DNA of 64,000 nt from a virus. The stretch lies in IMG/VR virus record IMGVR_UViG_3300008267_000780, positions 1 to 64,000 of that record; one strand, written 5' to 3'. Below, in pieces: positions 8,452 to 18,155 of this stretch (within the stretch, counting starts at the first letter, position 1; every line of letters begins with the position of its first letter). A program made the position numbers and the translations under genes. Below the pieces are notes generated by a model. It searched no databases. It saw nothing but the letters and a program-made list of their open reading frames with translations, and was not told the DNA's origin.

Positions 8452-10959
8452 ATGTCATTCAAAGACAGTTTAAATAAACATTACGCTCACACTCAAAATT
8501 CGGTGAAAAAATACGAAGTGGGTGGTAAGGTAGTTACCAAAAAAGGGGCTACCAATGATGCGAAGAAAGGAGGTTATTTCGATGGTAGGCCGCACTCACA
8601 AGGTGGTATCAAGGCCGTGAACATCGACAATGACCAACCTATAGAAGTAGAAGGTGGCGAAGTCGTTATTACAAAACGCGCAGTAGCCGACGATACAAAA
8701 AAAGAATTCCAAGGCAAGATGATGACTAACAAGGAAATCTTGTCAAAAATAAATGAATCAGGTGGAGGGGTATCTTTTGCAAATGGAGGCGAAGTCAAAT
8801 TGGAGGAAGATGAATATTATATTTCTGATGATGATTTGAATTTTGATATTGATGAAAAGGAATTTGCAGATGTTGGAACTATTCCTGAAGATGGATTTGA
8901 TTTCACTCTTGATGAATTACAAACGAGGGTTTTAAAACTAATTGACAATGTAACTGTAAGTGATGGTATTGTTCCTTACGCAGCCTTAGAATCTGTTTTT
9001 GGCGACCAACTGAGAACGGAAAGGACTTTACAACGTTTACTTGCGGATGGTTTAATTGAAAATTATGCAGGTAGGATAGGCGAGTATGTAATTACTTCTA
9101 TGGGCAAAGATTATTTGGCTGCACAATCTACACAGACAGATTCAACCAAGGTCATTCTTCCTGAAAACCAACAGCGTATTTTAGAAATAATGATTAATGA
9201 GGGAAAGTCAGAAATTCCTTATATTCAACTTAGAGATAAGTATATACAAAAATTTCCAAAAAGCAGAGGGGGAGATGATGTTTTGGAAGCCGTGCGTGAA
9301 ATGCTCAGTTCTAATTTGATTATTGATTCTGCAAAAGGCTATACAATTGGTCCTTTAGGTTTTGATAAAATTGATGAAGTACGTCAGTCAAATCGGAATC
9401 AAAATTTGCAAACATCAAATCAAGGTAATCAGTCTCGAGAAATTGAATCAATTCGAGTTAAAATCAAAGATATTCAAGACCCGAATGGAACTAAAAACGG
9501 TATTGTAAACAAATACCGAGGCCCCTATCAGAAAATTTTTGAAAATATAGCAGTATATGAGAATTATGAAGAATATTTTCAAGATTTTGGTAAGGATACA
9601 AAGGGTAGAGATTTGAATGAATTTTATATTAAAATTATAAATCCAAAATTCAAAATTGACTCTGAGTCAGCAATTAAAGAAATAAATAGATTAAATCGAG
9701 TATCGGTTACAGAGGTGATTTACAAAAATTCACCGAGCACTGAAGGAGTTCAAGTAAATCCTTTGTTCGAAGAATTTCCATATTTTGCTCCTGACGCTGT
9801 CAAAGAGTACAATCCTCAGGTTCTTACAGTAGAACCAAGGTCTATTGAGATTGCAAGTTCAGCGGCAGGTTTAAAAAACATAATATCTGAAAAGAAAAAA
9901 ATAATAGAGATTACTTCTCAATTATTACAAGATGTACCTGTTGAAAACGTCTTGGAAAGAGTCGAAATGTCGCTCCTATTAGATGCCGAGCAACAAGAGT
10001 TGAATTTATTGGCAAATCCAAACTTAAAATATTTAAACATACTTGGTACGGGACGCGCATTTGATAAAAATACCTTGGATACACTCATAGAGAATGCTCA
10101 GATAGAACAAAATAATCTTGAAGGACGAAGAAGTATTGCGAATGAAAAAAATATCTTAGGCAAGTTTAAAAGTTTTCTTGACTACTGTGGTGTCAATAGT
10201 GATTCTTATATTGCTAATTGGTTAAGTAATTTTTTTGGTAATTGGATTTTTTATGCTGAATATTCGAATTATGATTATGCACTGTTGAGTGATATAAATA
10301 ACTTACCTGCAGCAATAAGTCGGGTAGGTAAAGTTACAGAAGTTCAAGGAAAAAGTGGTTTAGAGTATATGTATGCTCCTGAAATTGTATTTCAAGGATT
10401 GTCTAAGATTTATGATAGAGTGGGATTTGAGGTTTTCCCAATTTCGTATTACGCAGTAAACTATGATTATGCGGATTGGTTTGCAACCACGAAAGGACAA
10501 AGATTAGGTACGCAAGGGGTTATACTTCCGTGTATTTTGAATATTCGCAGGCCATTAGATTTAAGTTTTTTTGGAATCCAAAAAATAAGCCCTACAAAAT
10601 TTTTTGATGCTGTTTATCTTCAAACAGGATTGTCACCTGAGGACCTGAAGGTGAATCCTGCATTTTTATCAGACAGTACGCCTGACCTTGAGGTTTGGGT
10701 TTATATTAGAAGTAATGTTGAAATGTTAAAAATACTAAAGGAGTCAAAAATCTGTGATGGTATCCATATGTATGAAAATAATCCCGCAGTTGATGTATCC
10801 GATAAGGCTTATCAAACCGAAGTTTGGATTACTTTTTATCCTGAGCAGACCAAAGTTCTTCCGTTATATAAATTTACGGATTTTCTTCAAAACGGGAAAG
10901 AAATGGACAGAGGATGGTTTACTAAATCACAATTTTTAAAAAGTGGAGGTACAATATGA
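8452..10959 (+). CDS. polyvalent protein: 2 winged helices plus ART-PolyVal-like ADP-ribosyltransferase
   Basis: N-terminal GRPHSQGGI..EVEGGEVVI; C-terminal FFGNW...IVFQG...YYA...YADWF...ILNIRRPLDL...DGI...WITFYPEQTK. Confidence 0.7.
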   Translation: MSFKDSLNKHYAHTQNSVKKYEVGGKVVTKKGATNDAKKGGYFDGRPHSQGGIKAVNIDNDQPIEVEGGEVVITKRAVADDTKKEFQGKMMTNKEILSKINESGGGVSFANGGEVKLEEDEYYISDDDLNFDIDEKEFADVGTIPEDGFDFTLDELQTRVLKLIDNVTVSDGIVPYAALESVFGDQLRTERTLQRLLADGLIENYAGRIGEYVITSMGKDYLAAQSTQTDSTKVILPENQQRILEIMINEGKSEIPYIQLRDKYIQKFPKSRGGDDVLEAVREMLSSNLIIDSAKGYTIGPLGFDKIDEVRQSNRNQNLQTSNQGNQSREIESIRVKIKDIQDPNGTKNGIVNKYRGPYQKIFENIAVYENYEEYFQDFGKDTKGRDLNEFYIKIINPKFKIDSESAIKEINRLNRVSVTEVIYKNSPSTEGVQVNPLFEEFPYFAPDAVKEYNPQVLTVEPRSIEIASSAAGLKNIISEKKKIIEITSQLLQDVPVENVLERVEMSLLLDAEQQELNLLANPNLKYLNILGTGRAFDKNTLDTLIENAQIEQNNLEGRRSIANEKNILGKFKSFLDYCGVNSDSYIANWLSNFFGNWIFYAEYSNYDYALLSDINNLPAAISRVGKVTEVQGKSGLEYMYAPEIVFQGLSKIYDRVGFEVFPISYYAVNYDYADWFATTKGQRLGTQGVILPCILNIRRPLDLSFFGIQKISPTKFFDAVYLQTGLSPEDLKVNPAFLSDSTPDLEVWVYIRSNVEMLKILKESKICDGIHMYENNPAVDVSDKAYQTEVWITFYPEQTKVLPLYKFTDFLQNGKEMDRGWFTKSQFLKSGGTI

Positions 10960-12290
10960 ACATTGTTCAAGTAATGAAATTTGGGGGAGTTGATTTAAAA
11001 TATTATAAAAATGCGGCTGCACTTAATGGTAAAACGCTAAATAATGTTCAAATAGATGATGAGTGGGAGAATGCACAATATTATGCTTTAGAGGATTTCT
11101 ATGCACTGCCGCCCGAACAAAAAATACCAATATTGATACAAATATCAAGAGTTTCGGGCAGTAAGATGTTTTTGGTTGGATTTTTTCAACACGAATTTCT
11201 TACAGCAAAAAATTATTCGCGTGACGAAAATGTAAATTTAGAAATGATAATGAATCCTGTTGTCATTCCAAATTCGTATGGCTTTTACTACGAAGAAGAG
11301 GCGTATGATTTCTTTATGGACCTAAATGAGCGTTTTAATCAGCAGCAAACAGGCAATCCACCACCACAACCACCTGAAGAACAAAAAATTTTATTAGGCA
11401 GATTTGATATAAATTCTGATAACATATTATACGTGTTTAGTTCTTCCATACAACCCGATGCGAGCGGTAACTTTATAGGAGAATATGTCACAACTTTAAC
11501 GGATACAAATACGGCTTCGACAAGTCCAAAATCTAAAGAGATAACTACGACTATTAATGGGGAAGAATATGATTTGTTGTTATTGTTTGACCAAGATTTT
11601 TCTGATAAAACATCTTTGCCAATTCCTTCTACCTTTCCACAAGGAGGTGGTGGTCCGAAATCGCAAACTTGGTTTATTATTCCACTGAAAAACGATGGTA
11701 CGGGTCACGGTACCCCACCACCACAAATGCCTTCACAGGGCTCTCAAGGGTCACAGGGCTCTCAAGGGTCACAGGGCTCTCAAGGGTCACAGGGCTCTCA
11801 AGGTTCGGGTGGTTCAGGTGGTTCGGGTGGTTCAGGTGGCTCAGGCGGTTCAGGTGGCTCAGGTGGGTCAGGTGGTTCAGGCGGTTCAGGTGGCTCAGGC
11901 GGCTCAGGCGGCTCAGGCGGCTCAGGCGGCTCAGGCGGCTCAGGTGGCTCAGGTGGCTCAGGTGGCTCAAGTGGCTCAAGTGGTTCGCGAGGTGCAAGTA
12001 CAGCGGGTTCAGCAGGACGTGCAGGAACCTTAAATGGTGGTGGTGATGGTGGTGCTGTTTATGGTAGTACACAAACTTCAGACATACCTCTAATAGAAAT
12101 GATTGCGGACAATCTGAATAAAACGACAAACCAAGTACGTGGTCAATTAAGAACTGCGGGCTCTGCGATGATGTTCCTTGCATCAAATCCACAATCGGTT
12201 GAACCCATTAAACAAAATTTAGGTTTATCGAATTCAAATATCTCGATGAATGAATTGGCAAAAAAAATAATTGAAAAAATAAGAGAATAA
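10956..12290 (+). CDS. hypothetical protein with SQG/SGG low-complexity linker
   Basis: 444-aa ORF translationally coupled to the upstream gene. Confidence 0.75.
   Translation: MNIVQVMKFGGVDLKYYKNAAALNGKTLNNVQIDDEWENAQYYALEDFYALPPEQKIPILIQISRVSGSKMFLVGFFQHEFLTAKNYSRDENVNLEMIMNPVVIPNSYGFYYEEEAYDFFMDLNERFNQQQTGNPPPQPPEEQKILLGRFDINSDNILYVFSSSIQPDASGNFIGEYVTTLTDTNTASTSPKSKEITTTINGEEYDLLLLFDQDFSDKTSLPIPSTFPQGGGGPKSQTWFIIPLKNDGTGHGTPPPQMPSQGSQGSQGSQGSQGSQGSQGSQGSGGSGGSGGSGGSGGSGGSGGSGGSGGSGGSGGSGGSGGSGGSGGSGGSGGSGGSSGSSGSRGASTAGSAGRAGTLNGGGDGGAVYGSTQTSDIPLIEMIADNLNKTTNQVRGQLRTAGSAMMFLASNPQSVEPIKQNLGLSNSNISMNELAKKIIEKIRE
11733..11985 (+). repeat. coding tandem repeat (18-bp SQGSQG units, then 9-bp SGG units)
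   Basis: tcacagggctctcaaggg about 4 times, then tcaggYggY repeats. Confidence 0.9.
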
Positions 12291-12295
12291 ATTAT

Positions 12296-13699
12296 ATGGC
12301 ACAAAGAGGCACATTAGAATATTATCAGGACATTGTAAATGATACAACCAATCCTGAGTTAGTTAGAAATCAGGCACAAAAGCAAATTGACCGTTTGGCT
12401 TCAATTGGCTCTGCACAGGTTCAAACTGCGGCAACTACGGGCAATTTAGACCCTCAAATTCAAGCGGTCCTTAATGCGATGCAAGCGGCAGTAAATGCTT
12501 ATGGGGGTAAATCAGCAAATCCACAGCAAATCAAACAAATTGTAGATGACGAAATTGCTAAAGCAAAAATCGATTTTTCTCAATTAAGCGATGGATTAAA
12601 GGCGATGCTTCAGTCTCAGACGAAAGTCGAATTGACTTTGCGTCAGATGGCTGCTGTGTCTACAAAAGTTGTAAGCAATGCCTTTATTAAGCGTCCACTT
12701 GTTCAAGATTTGTTATCCGACGTACAAGCGCGAAATAACGCTTATTTGTATGGAGGTGCGGGAACAGGAAAAACATATACTGCGGGTGAAATAGCAGATT
12801 TGTTGGATTGGGAATTAATTACTTTGAACTGTAACCAATTTACTTCTCCGATTGATATTATAGGAGGTCAAACCATCGATGGATATCAAGAAGGTAAAGT
12901 CTCTATGGCTTGGGCAAATGAAATCATTTCTCCTAATGGTGATAAAAGAAAAGTTTCAGGAGTTGTCTTATTGTTGGATGAGTTACCTAAACTTGACCCA
13001 AACACTGCAGGTTTGTTAAACGAAGCCTTGGCAAAAGTCAAAGATTTCAAATTTGATAAGGTTACAGGAGCAACAAAGCCACCAACAATTCTAAATGGTA
13101 GAAATGAAAAATTGGTTTTGGGTAACTTAATGGTTATTGCAACGGGTAACGTACCCTTGAATACTGTTGACCCTGATTACGAAGCGAACTTTAAACAGGA
13201 TTTGTCTTTGCAAGACCGTTTTGTGGGAAGCACTTACAAAATTTTCGTGGATTATGAATACGAATTCAATTCTATTATGGAAGGATTTGCATTCATTTGG
13301 ATTTACGGTACCAAATTACGTGAAAAAATTATTTCACTGAATGCTACAGGGCAAGCGTTTGTTTCCATTCGTCTTATGATGAACCTGAAAGAAACTTACA
13401 AGGTTTATAGAGAGGTAGTCGATAAGAATAAGCAAAATGTTGGAAACCAAGCCTTTGATTTAATTACAGACCCTAAAACAGTCGTAGAGTCACTTGTTAC
13501 TTTTTTGGATTTGTTCAAACCTGCAATCAAACAGGCAATTCAAGACGACCCAAATACCAATCTTGACAACTTCAAAATGGTCTTGGACGCAAAAAATAAA
13601 ATGCCATATAATGCTAAAGCACCTGATTTTAACACTCAAGATGAAATTAACGAGGCAAATCGTATGATTACTGCATACGAGGCAAGCAAAAATTCATAA
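12296..13699 (+). CDS. MoxR/CbbQ-like AAA+ ATPase
   Basis: Walker A GGAGTGKT, Walker B LLLDE, sensor IATGN, DLSLQDRF Arg finger. Confidence 0.85.
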   Translation: MAQRGTLEYYQDIVNDTTNPELVRNQAQKQIDRLASIGSAQVQTAATTGNLDPQIQAVLNAMQAAVNAYGGKSANPQQIKQIVDDEIAKAKIDFSQLSDGLKAMLQSQTKVELTLRQMAAVSTKVVSNAFIKRPLVQDLLSDVQARNNAYLYGGAGTGKTYTAGEIADLLDWELITLNCNQFTSPIDIIGGQTIDGYQEGKVSMAWANEIISPNGDKRKVSGVVLLLDELPKLDPNTAGLLNEALAKVKDFKFDKVTGATKPPTILNGRNEKLVLGNLMVIATGNVPLNTVDPDYEANFKQDLSLQDRFVGSTYKIFVDYEYEFNSIMEGFAFIWIYGTKLREKIISLNATGQAFVSIRLMMNLKETYKVYREVVDKNKQNVGNQAFDLITDPKTVVESLVTFLDLFKPAIKQAIQDDPNTNLDNFKMVLDAKNKMPYNAKAPDFNTQDEINEANRMITAYEASKNS

Positions 13700-13704
13700 T
13701 CTCT

Positions 13705-15375
13705 ATGGCTTTATTTGGTAATTGGTCGGGATATCCTATTGTTGGTTGGTCATTTGATGACCAAGAGAAGTTAATTGAAGCCATTAAAAAATTTAAGGAT
13801 GATGGTCGTAGCACACCGACGGCTGCGGACTACGGTCAAAAAGAATATGATGAAGAAATTAGACGTTATAAACGGTTTTTTTATGATACAACCTTCAAAA
13901 AAGTTCTTTTTGATTTTGGTTTAAAATTCCAATTGGGAGGTTCAAAAGATAAATCGCGTATTATAACCACCGATAAACCTCAGGGTATTTTTGATTTTTC
14001 TTTGGCCTCAAAAGGCTTGTATAGGGTACCTGAATATTACTCAGAAAAGTTAGCAAAAGAAAAACCAAATAGGTTTGCTGAGTATGGTACACTCAGTGGT
14101 GTTGTGCCACCAAATTTTGTTCAACAAAGAAGCATTCTTGGTATTCGTCAATTTTACTTTATTGACGAAGACAAAATTGAGTACGTTTGTCAACAATATC
14201 AAAAAGGCACTGTTGCAATTAAGGACAATGTAAAAGGCGCAAAATTGCAATTTGCAACCACTACAAAAAAAGTTTATTTGAAGTTTAAAAGGGTAGGTGG
14301 TAAAGTCAATTATGTTGAAATTTATTCTTTATTTTATTATACAAGTGTTTATGGAGCAGAGGGTTATGCGTTGAGACATTTACCTGCTATTATGGTTTGT
14401 CAATATTTTGAGAGTCTTGGAATTAAGTGTCGTTTTTATCCGACACGATTTGTTGTTTTTAGTTCAGACCATACCATAAGGGAAAAAGATTTGCTGACTG
14501 ATGCAACTTTGCCTATGTATAATATTCGAAATTTTCTGACCGAGCCATATGATTATTTAACGGTACAACCATTTTTGGCAAAAGAATACGGTGAGGAGTT
14601 TGACCCCGCAATTGCTTTAGCAATTTCACAGGAAAGTTCAGGCACAATTTACACCAATGTTATTCAAGAAGCGCAAAAACAAGATTTGGTAGCCGATAAC
14701 TATCCAACAGGAGGTAATCCTGATTGGCAAGAAATTGATTACAGGGTTGGATTTGAGCGTTATAAAAATAAATATCAAGAATATGTCAAGGCAGGTATTT
14801 TTAAGGGTAAGGAAGTGAGACCCGAGGCACAAATACTGTTTCACTCAATGTCAATCAAATATTATCAGGATGTAATTCGTGATACAGCGCGAGATATTTG
14901 GGGGTCGCTTCAAATAGATGAAATTATTACCCTTTCTCCATATTACGGTAAATTTATTGAATGGTGGATGAATTTTTGTGCAATGAAATTGCGGGATTAT
15001 GTTCTATTGTTGAATACAAAAGAACCACGAAAAGAAATGGAATATATTGCAAAAGAAATGAAAAACTTTTTGAGTGAATATGTTTATTATGTAAATAATA
15101 AAAATGTCACTTTTGGGGATACAGAATTTCGTGATAGGGTAATTTTTCGGTATATGGGGTCTATTTGCAATCAAGAATATTTAACATTAAACGATAATGT
15201 AAATAATGGTATTTTGGAAATTAATCCTGATATAAAAGGATATATAAGTAATTTAATAAACGACGTTGCTATTTATGCTGAAAATGAACCATTTCCTACG
15301 CCTGCAGAACAGATTGAAAAAATGGATTTATTAGCAGAAAATTTATATAATGAATTGGAAAGGGTAAACATATGA
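13705..15375 (+). CDS. probable degenerate VWA-like partner of the AAA+ ATPase
   Basis: position after a MoxR-like gene; beta-alpha segment VEIYSLFYYTS...PAIMVCQYFESLGIKCRFY; no clear DxSxS MIDAS. Confidence 0.45.
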   Translation: MALFGNWSGYPIVGWSFDDQEKLIEAIKKFKDDGRSTPTAADYGQKEYDEEIRRYKRFFYDTTFKKVLFDFGLKFQLGGSKDKSRIITTDKPQGIFDFSLASKGLYRVPEYYSEKLAKEKPNRFAEYGTLSGVVPPNFVQQRSILGIRQFYFIDEDKIEYVCQQYQKGTVAIKDNVKGAKLQFATTTKKVYLKFKRVGGKVNYVEIYSLFYYTSVYGAEGYALRHLPAIMVCQYFESLGIKCRFYPTRFVVFSSDHTIREKDLLTDATLPMYNIRNFLTEPYDYLTVQPFLAKEYGEEFDPAIALAISQESSGTIYTNVIQEAQKQDLVADNYPTGGNPDWQEIDYRVGFERYKNKYQEYVKAGIFKGKEVRPEAQILFHSMSIKYYQDVIRDTARDIWGSLQIDEIITLSPYYGKFIEWWMNFCAMKLRDYVLLLNTKEPRKEMEYIAKEMKNFLSEYVYYVNNKNVTFGDTEFRDRVIFRYMGSICNQEYLTLNDNVNNGILEINPDIKGYISNLINDVAIYAENEPFPTPAEQIEKMDLLAENLYNELERVNI

Positions 15376-16736
15376 AAATAAGTCAAAGCGCGTTCAAAAC
15401 GCTACAGGAAATACTAAAAAATTTACAAATTGCAAGCACCAATGGTGCCAAAGTTCAGAACCTTTTGGTTCTACAAAATCCAATTATTCCCGATACTTTT
15501 TTCATCAAGTATGACATTGAATATATGTCAGCGGGTGAAAGAAAATTCGAGCCAAGGCTTACTCAAGTTGACGATGCGGGTCAGCCGATGGATATTAATG
15601 ACCAATTTGATAACGTGTATCAGAGATACGCAAGTCCAAATTGGGGAGCCATCGAATATAAAGATGTTCCATCCTACAGCAAAACAAGTGTAGGGACTAC
15701 GGGAGATGCGTATATAATAAGACAATTTCTCAAACAGTTTTTTCCATTTATAAAAACATCTGTTAATAAATCAAGCCGCTCTGTCAGAGTTAAACTTCAA
15801 GAATTTCAGATAAATTTTATTTGGGAAGAAAATGGTACTCGGAAAAATTTTTTACTTGATGCCAAGCAATTGGACAATATTTTACAGCCCCTATTTGAAG
15901 GTCAAGGGTTTGACGGGATGACAGATTCGTCTTATACAAAGCCTTTGCCGAAAATGTATAATGATGAGGGTTTTGAAGTGAGTTATGGGTACATATATTT
16001 ATTTGTTGACCCTGAGAATCTTAAAAATACTTACGAAGTAGGACTTGACGATTATACTATAACAAAAAAAGGAGTTCGGTCATATCGCTCTAAAGTGGCA
16101 AATGATGGTTCTCAATTGAGGTTTGAGATGCCTGAAAATACCTTTAATTTCATCAAAGGTTTTGCAGGTGCAAATAGTAATGCATCATCACAGACGACCA
16201 ATCAAAGTGATTTAGTGACTTTGGAAAGAGGTGAAGAAAATCAAAATATGACGGATAACGGAGAATCTTTAACGACTTTGGAACAAGAAATAATTGATTT
16301 TTTGGCAGACAAGAATTTGGGTGTGGAGTTGATTAGAATCCGTAATTTTTTCTTAGAGACTACAAATTATGTCGACAGTGATGTTAATCGTGCGATAAGT
16401 GATTTGCTTCAAAAAGAATTAATCAATAATAACCAAAGTAGTAATAGTGGATTATTATATATTCTTACTCCAAAAGGTAAATCATATATTACACCAAAAC
16501 AACCCTCTTTAGATAATCAAAATGACCCTGACCAAATCGTATTTGATAGCAAAAATAAAAGTACATTGACAACAGGCGATATTGCTGCGATTGAGTTTAT
16601 TACACAAAATTATACCATTTTAAAAGATATGGAGAAAGAGTCTCCTGAATTATACAATGGTATTTCTGAGGGGTTAAGATTGATAATGAGCCTAACCAAA
16701 GACGGCACGGGTCAACTCGAGCCTTTCAAACCTTAG
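15372..16736 (+). CDS. polyvalent protein with LPD29-like domain and winged helix
   Basis: IRQFLKQFFPFIKTSV...FDGMTD...YGYIYLF (LPD29 pattern); LEQEIIDFL...AISDLLQKELI...YILTPKG. Confidence 0.6.
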   Translation: MKISQSAFKTLQEILKNLQIASTNGAKVQNLLVLQNPIIPDTFFIKYDIEYMSAGERKFEPRLTQVDDAGQPMDINDQFDNVYQRYASPNWGAIEYKDVPSYSKTSVGTTGDAYIIRQFLKQFFPFIKTSVNKSSRSVRVKLQEFQINFIWEENGTRKNFLLDAKQLDNILQPLFEGQGFDGMTDSSYTKPLPKMYNDEGFEVSYGYIYLFVDPENLKNTYEVGLDDYTITKKGVRSYRSKVANDGSQLRFEMPENTFNFIKGFAGANSNASSQTTNQSDLVTLERGEENQNMTDNGESLTTLEQEIIDFLADKNLGVELIRIRNFFLETTNYVDSDVNRAISDLLQKELINNNQSSNSGLLYILTPKGKSYITPKQPSLDNQNDPDQIVFDSKNKSTLTTGDIAAIEFITQNYTILKDMEKESPELYNGISEGLRLIMSLTKDGTGQLEPFKP

Positions 16737-16741
16737 ATGAT

Positions 16742-18136
16742 TTGGAACTCAATGATGACGAATTAGGCGATGTTGATTTGACCGAATTCGATGAATTATC
16801 TGATTTTGTTGAGTCTGAATTAATGCCGAGTCCTTCACAAAATGACCGTCTTTATGCAATCTTGAAAACTGTGGAATTGATGCAGTTGACAGATAAATTA
16901 ATTATTTCAACCAAGAAAATATTGGAATCAGTAAATTTCAATAATCAACAAAAGTACACTTTGCAAGAAATAGATGTTTTGGAAGACAACGGTTTTATGG
17001 AAAGGTCATCGATTGGTATAACTCTTTCAACCAAGGGGCAAGACTTCATAAATGAATATGAATTAAAAAACAAACAAGTTCCCTCATCAATAATTTTAAC
17101 TTTACCTGTTGATATTGAAAACTTGGATGCTCTTCAAAAGAATATTTTGATGATTTTGGATAAACCGCCTGCTCAAGGCAAAGGCACATTATATAATGAA
17201 ATGGACCAATCTGAAATATGGGCAGAAGTCGACGAGACAATTGCAAATGAATATCTCAGAAATGATGTTAAATATGCATTGGATGTTTTGATTGGATTGA
17301 AATTGGTGACAGAATTAAATCACGTACCCGTAGAATATAGGTTGACCGATGATAAAAGAACAAGTGAAATTATAGCAAACATAAAAAATGAATTATCCCC
17401 GTTGACTCCAACAGTGGAAAAAATACTGCGAATTTTATACCGCTTCACGGGTAAATTATCCGCTGATAATATCAAAGATGATTTATCAAATATGAACATT
17501 ATTCTTCCCCACAAAGCAATATTTAGTCGTTTAATTGCCTTGCGAGATAGGGGATTAGTTCGAGAAATTAATACATCTTATGGAGGTATTGTGTGGCAAA
17601 TTACACCGTTAGGTAACGAATATGTTGACAAACTACCAAAAGAAAAAACAGGCCGACAAATCAGAGAAGAAGAAAAACAAGCGAAAATTGAAAAAGACTT
17701 CGGTTCGCTTGACTATGATTTTTACTTGGTTTTAAAAATTTTAAATGACACTATGGGGATGTTAACTGCAGGAACCGTAACAACAATTCTTCAACAGCAA
17801 TTTAATAAAAAACCAAAGTGGGATGAATTTGCTGTTCTCTCCAAACTTCGTGGATTATTGTCGATGGGATTGGCTTTAGAAGATATTCAAAATTCAACTG
17901 AATATTTTGAAATCAGTGATTATGGAGAAGACGTTTTTAAATATTTGAGCGAACAGGAAAGCAAAGGATTATATCCAAAATCAAAACCAACAGAACAGAC
18001 TGTTGCTGTGCGTCCATCACCGACGGAAAGTGCAACCCTTAATTCTGTTGGGACCATTAAAAAAGGTAACGATGGAAACAATTGGGAAGTCAAAGAGAGT
18101 TCCAAAGGTGTAAAGCGTTGGGTAAAAATTAAATAA
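16742..18136 (+). CDS. four tandem winged helices plus C-terminal RPSP..GNDG..RW domain
   Basis: repeated IL..L...L..L...GL.....[YWF].[IL][TS]..G pattern; weak TTG start, possibly a frameshifted continuation of the upstream ORF. Confidence 0.65.
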   Translation: MELNDDELGDVDLTEFDELSDFVESELMPSPSQNDRLYAILKTVELMQLTDKLIISTKKILESVNFNNQQKYTLQEIDVLEDNGFMERSSIGITLSTKGQDFINEYELKNKQVPSSIILTLPVDIENLDALQKNILMILDKPPAQGKGTLYNEMDQSEIWAEVDETIANEYLRNDVKYALDVLIGLKLVTELNHVPVEYRLTDDKRTSEIIANIKNELSPLTPTVEKILRILYRFTGKLSADNIKDDLSNMNIILPHKAIFSRLIALRDRGLVREINTSYGGIVWQITPLGNEYVDKLPKEKTGRQIREEEKQAKIEKDFGSLDYDFYLVLKILNDTMGMLTAGTVTTILQQQFNKKPKWDEFAVLSKLRGLLSMGLALEDIQNSTEYFEISDYGEDVFKYLSEQESKGLYPKSKPTEQTVAVRPSPTESATLNSVGTIKKGNDGNNWEVKESSKGVKRWVKIK

Positions 18137-18155
18137 ATAACAAAAAAATACGAAT

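Noticed and set aside
11669-12192. Alternative-frame ORFs (RWLRRL, HLSHLS, VAQAAQ repeats)
   Set aside because: Frame shadows of the SGG/SQG linker in 10956..12290.
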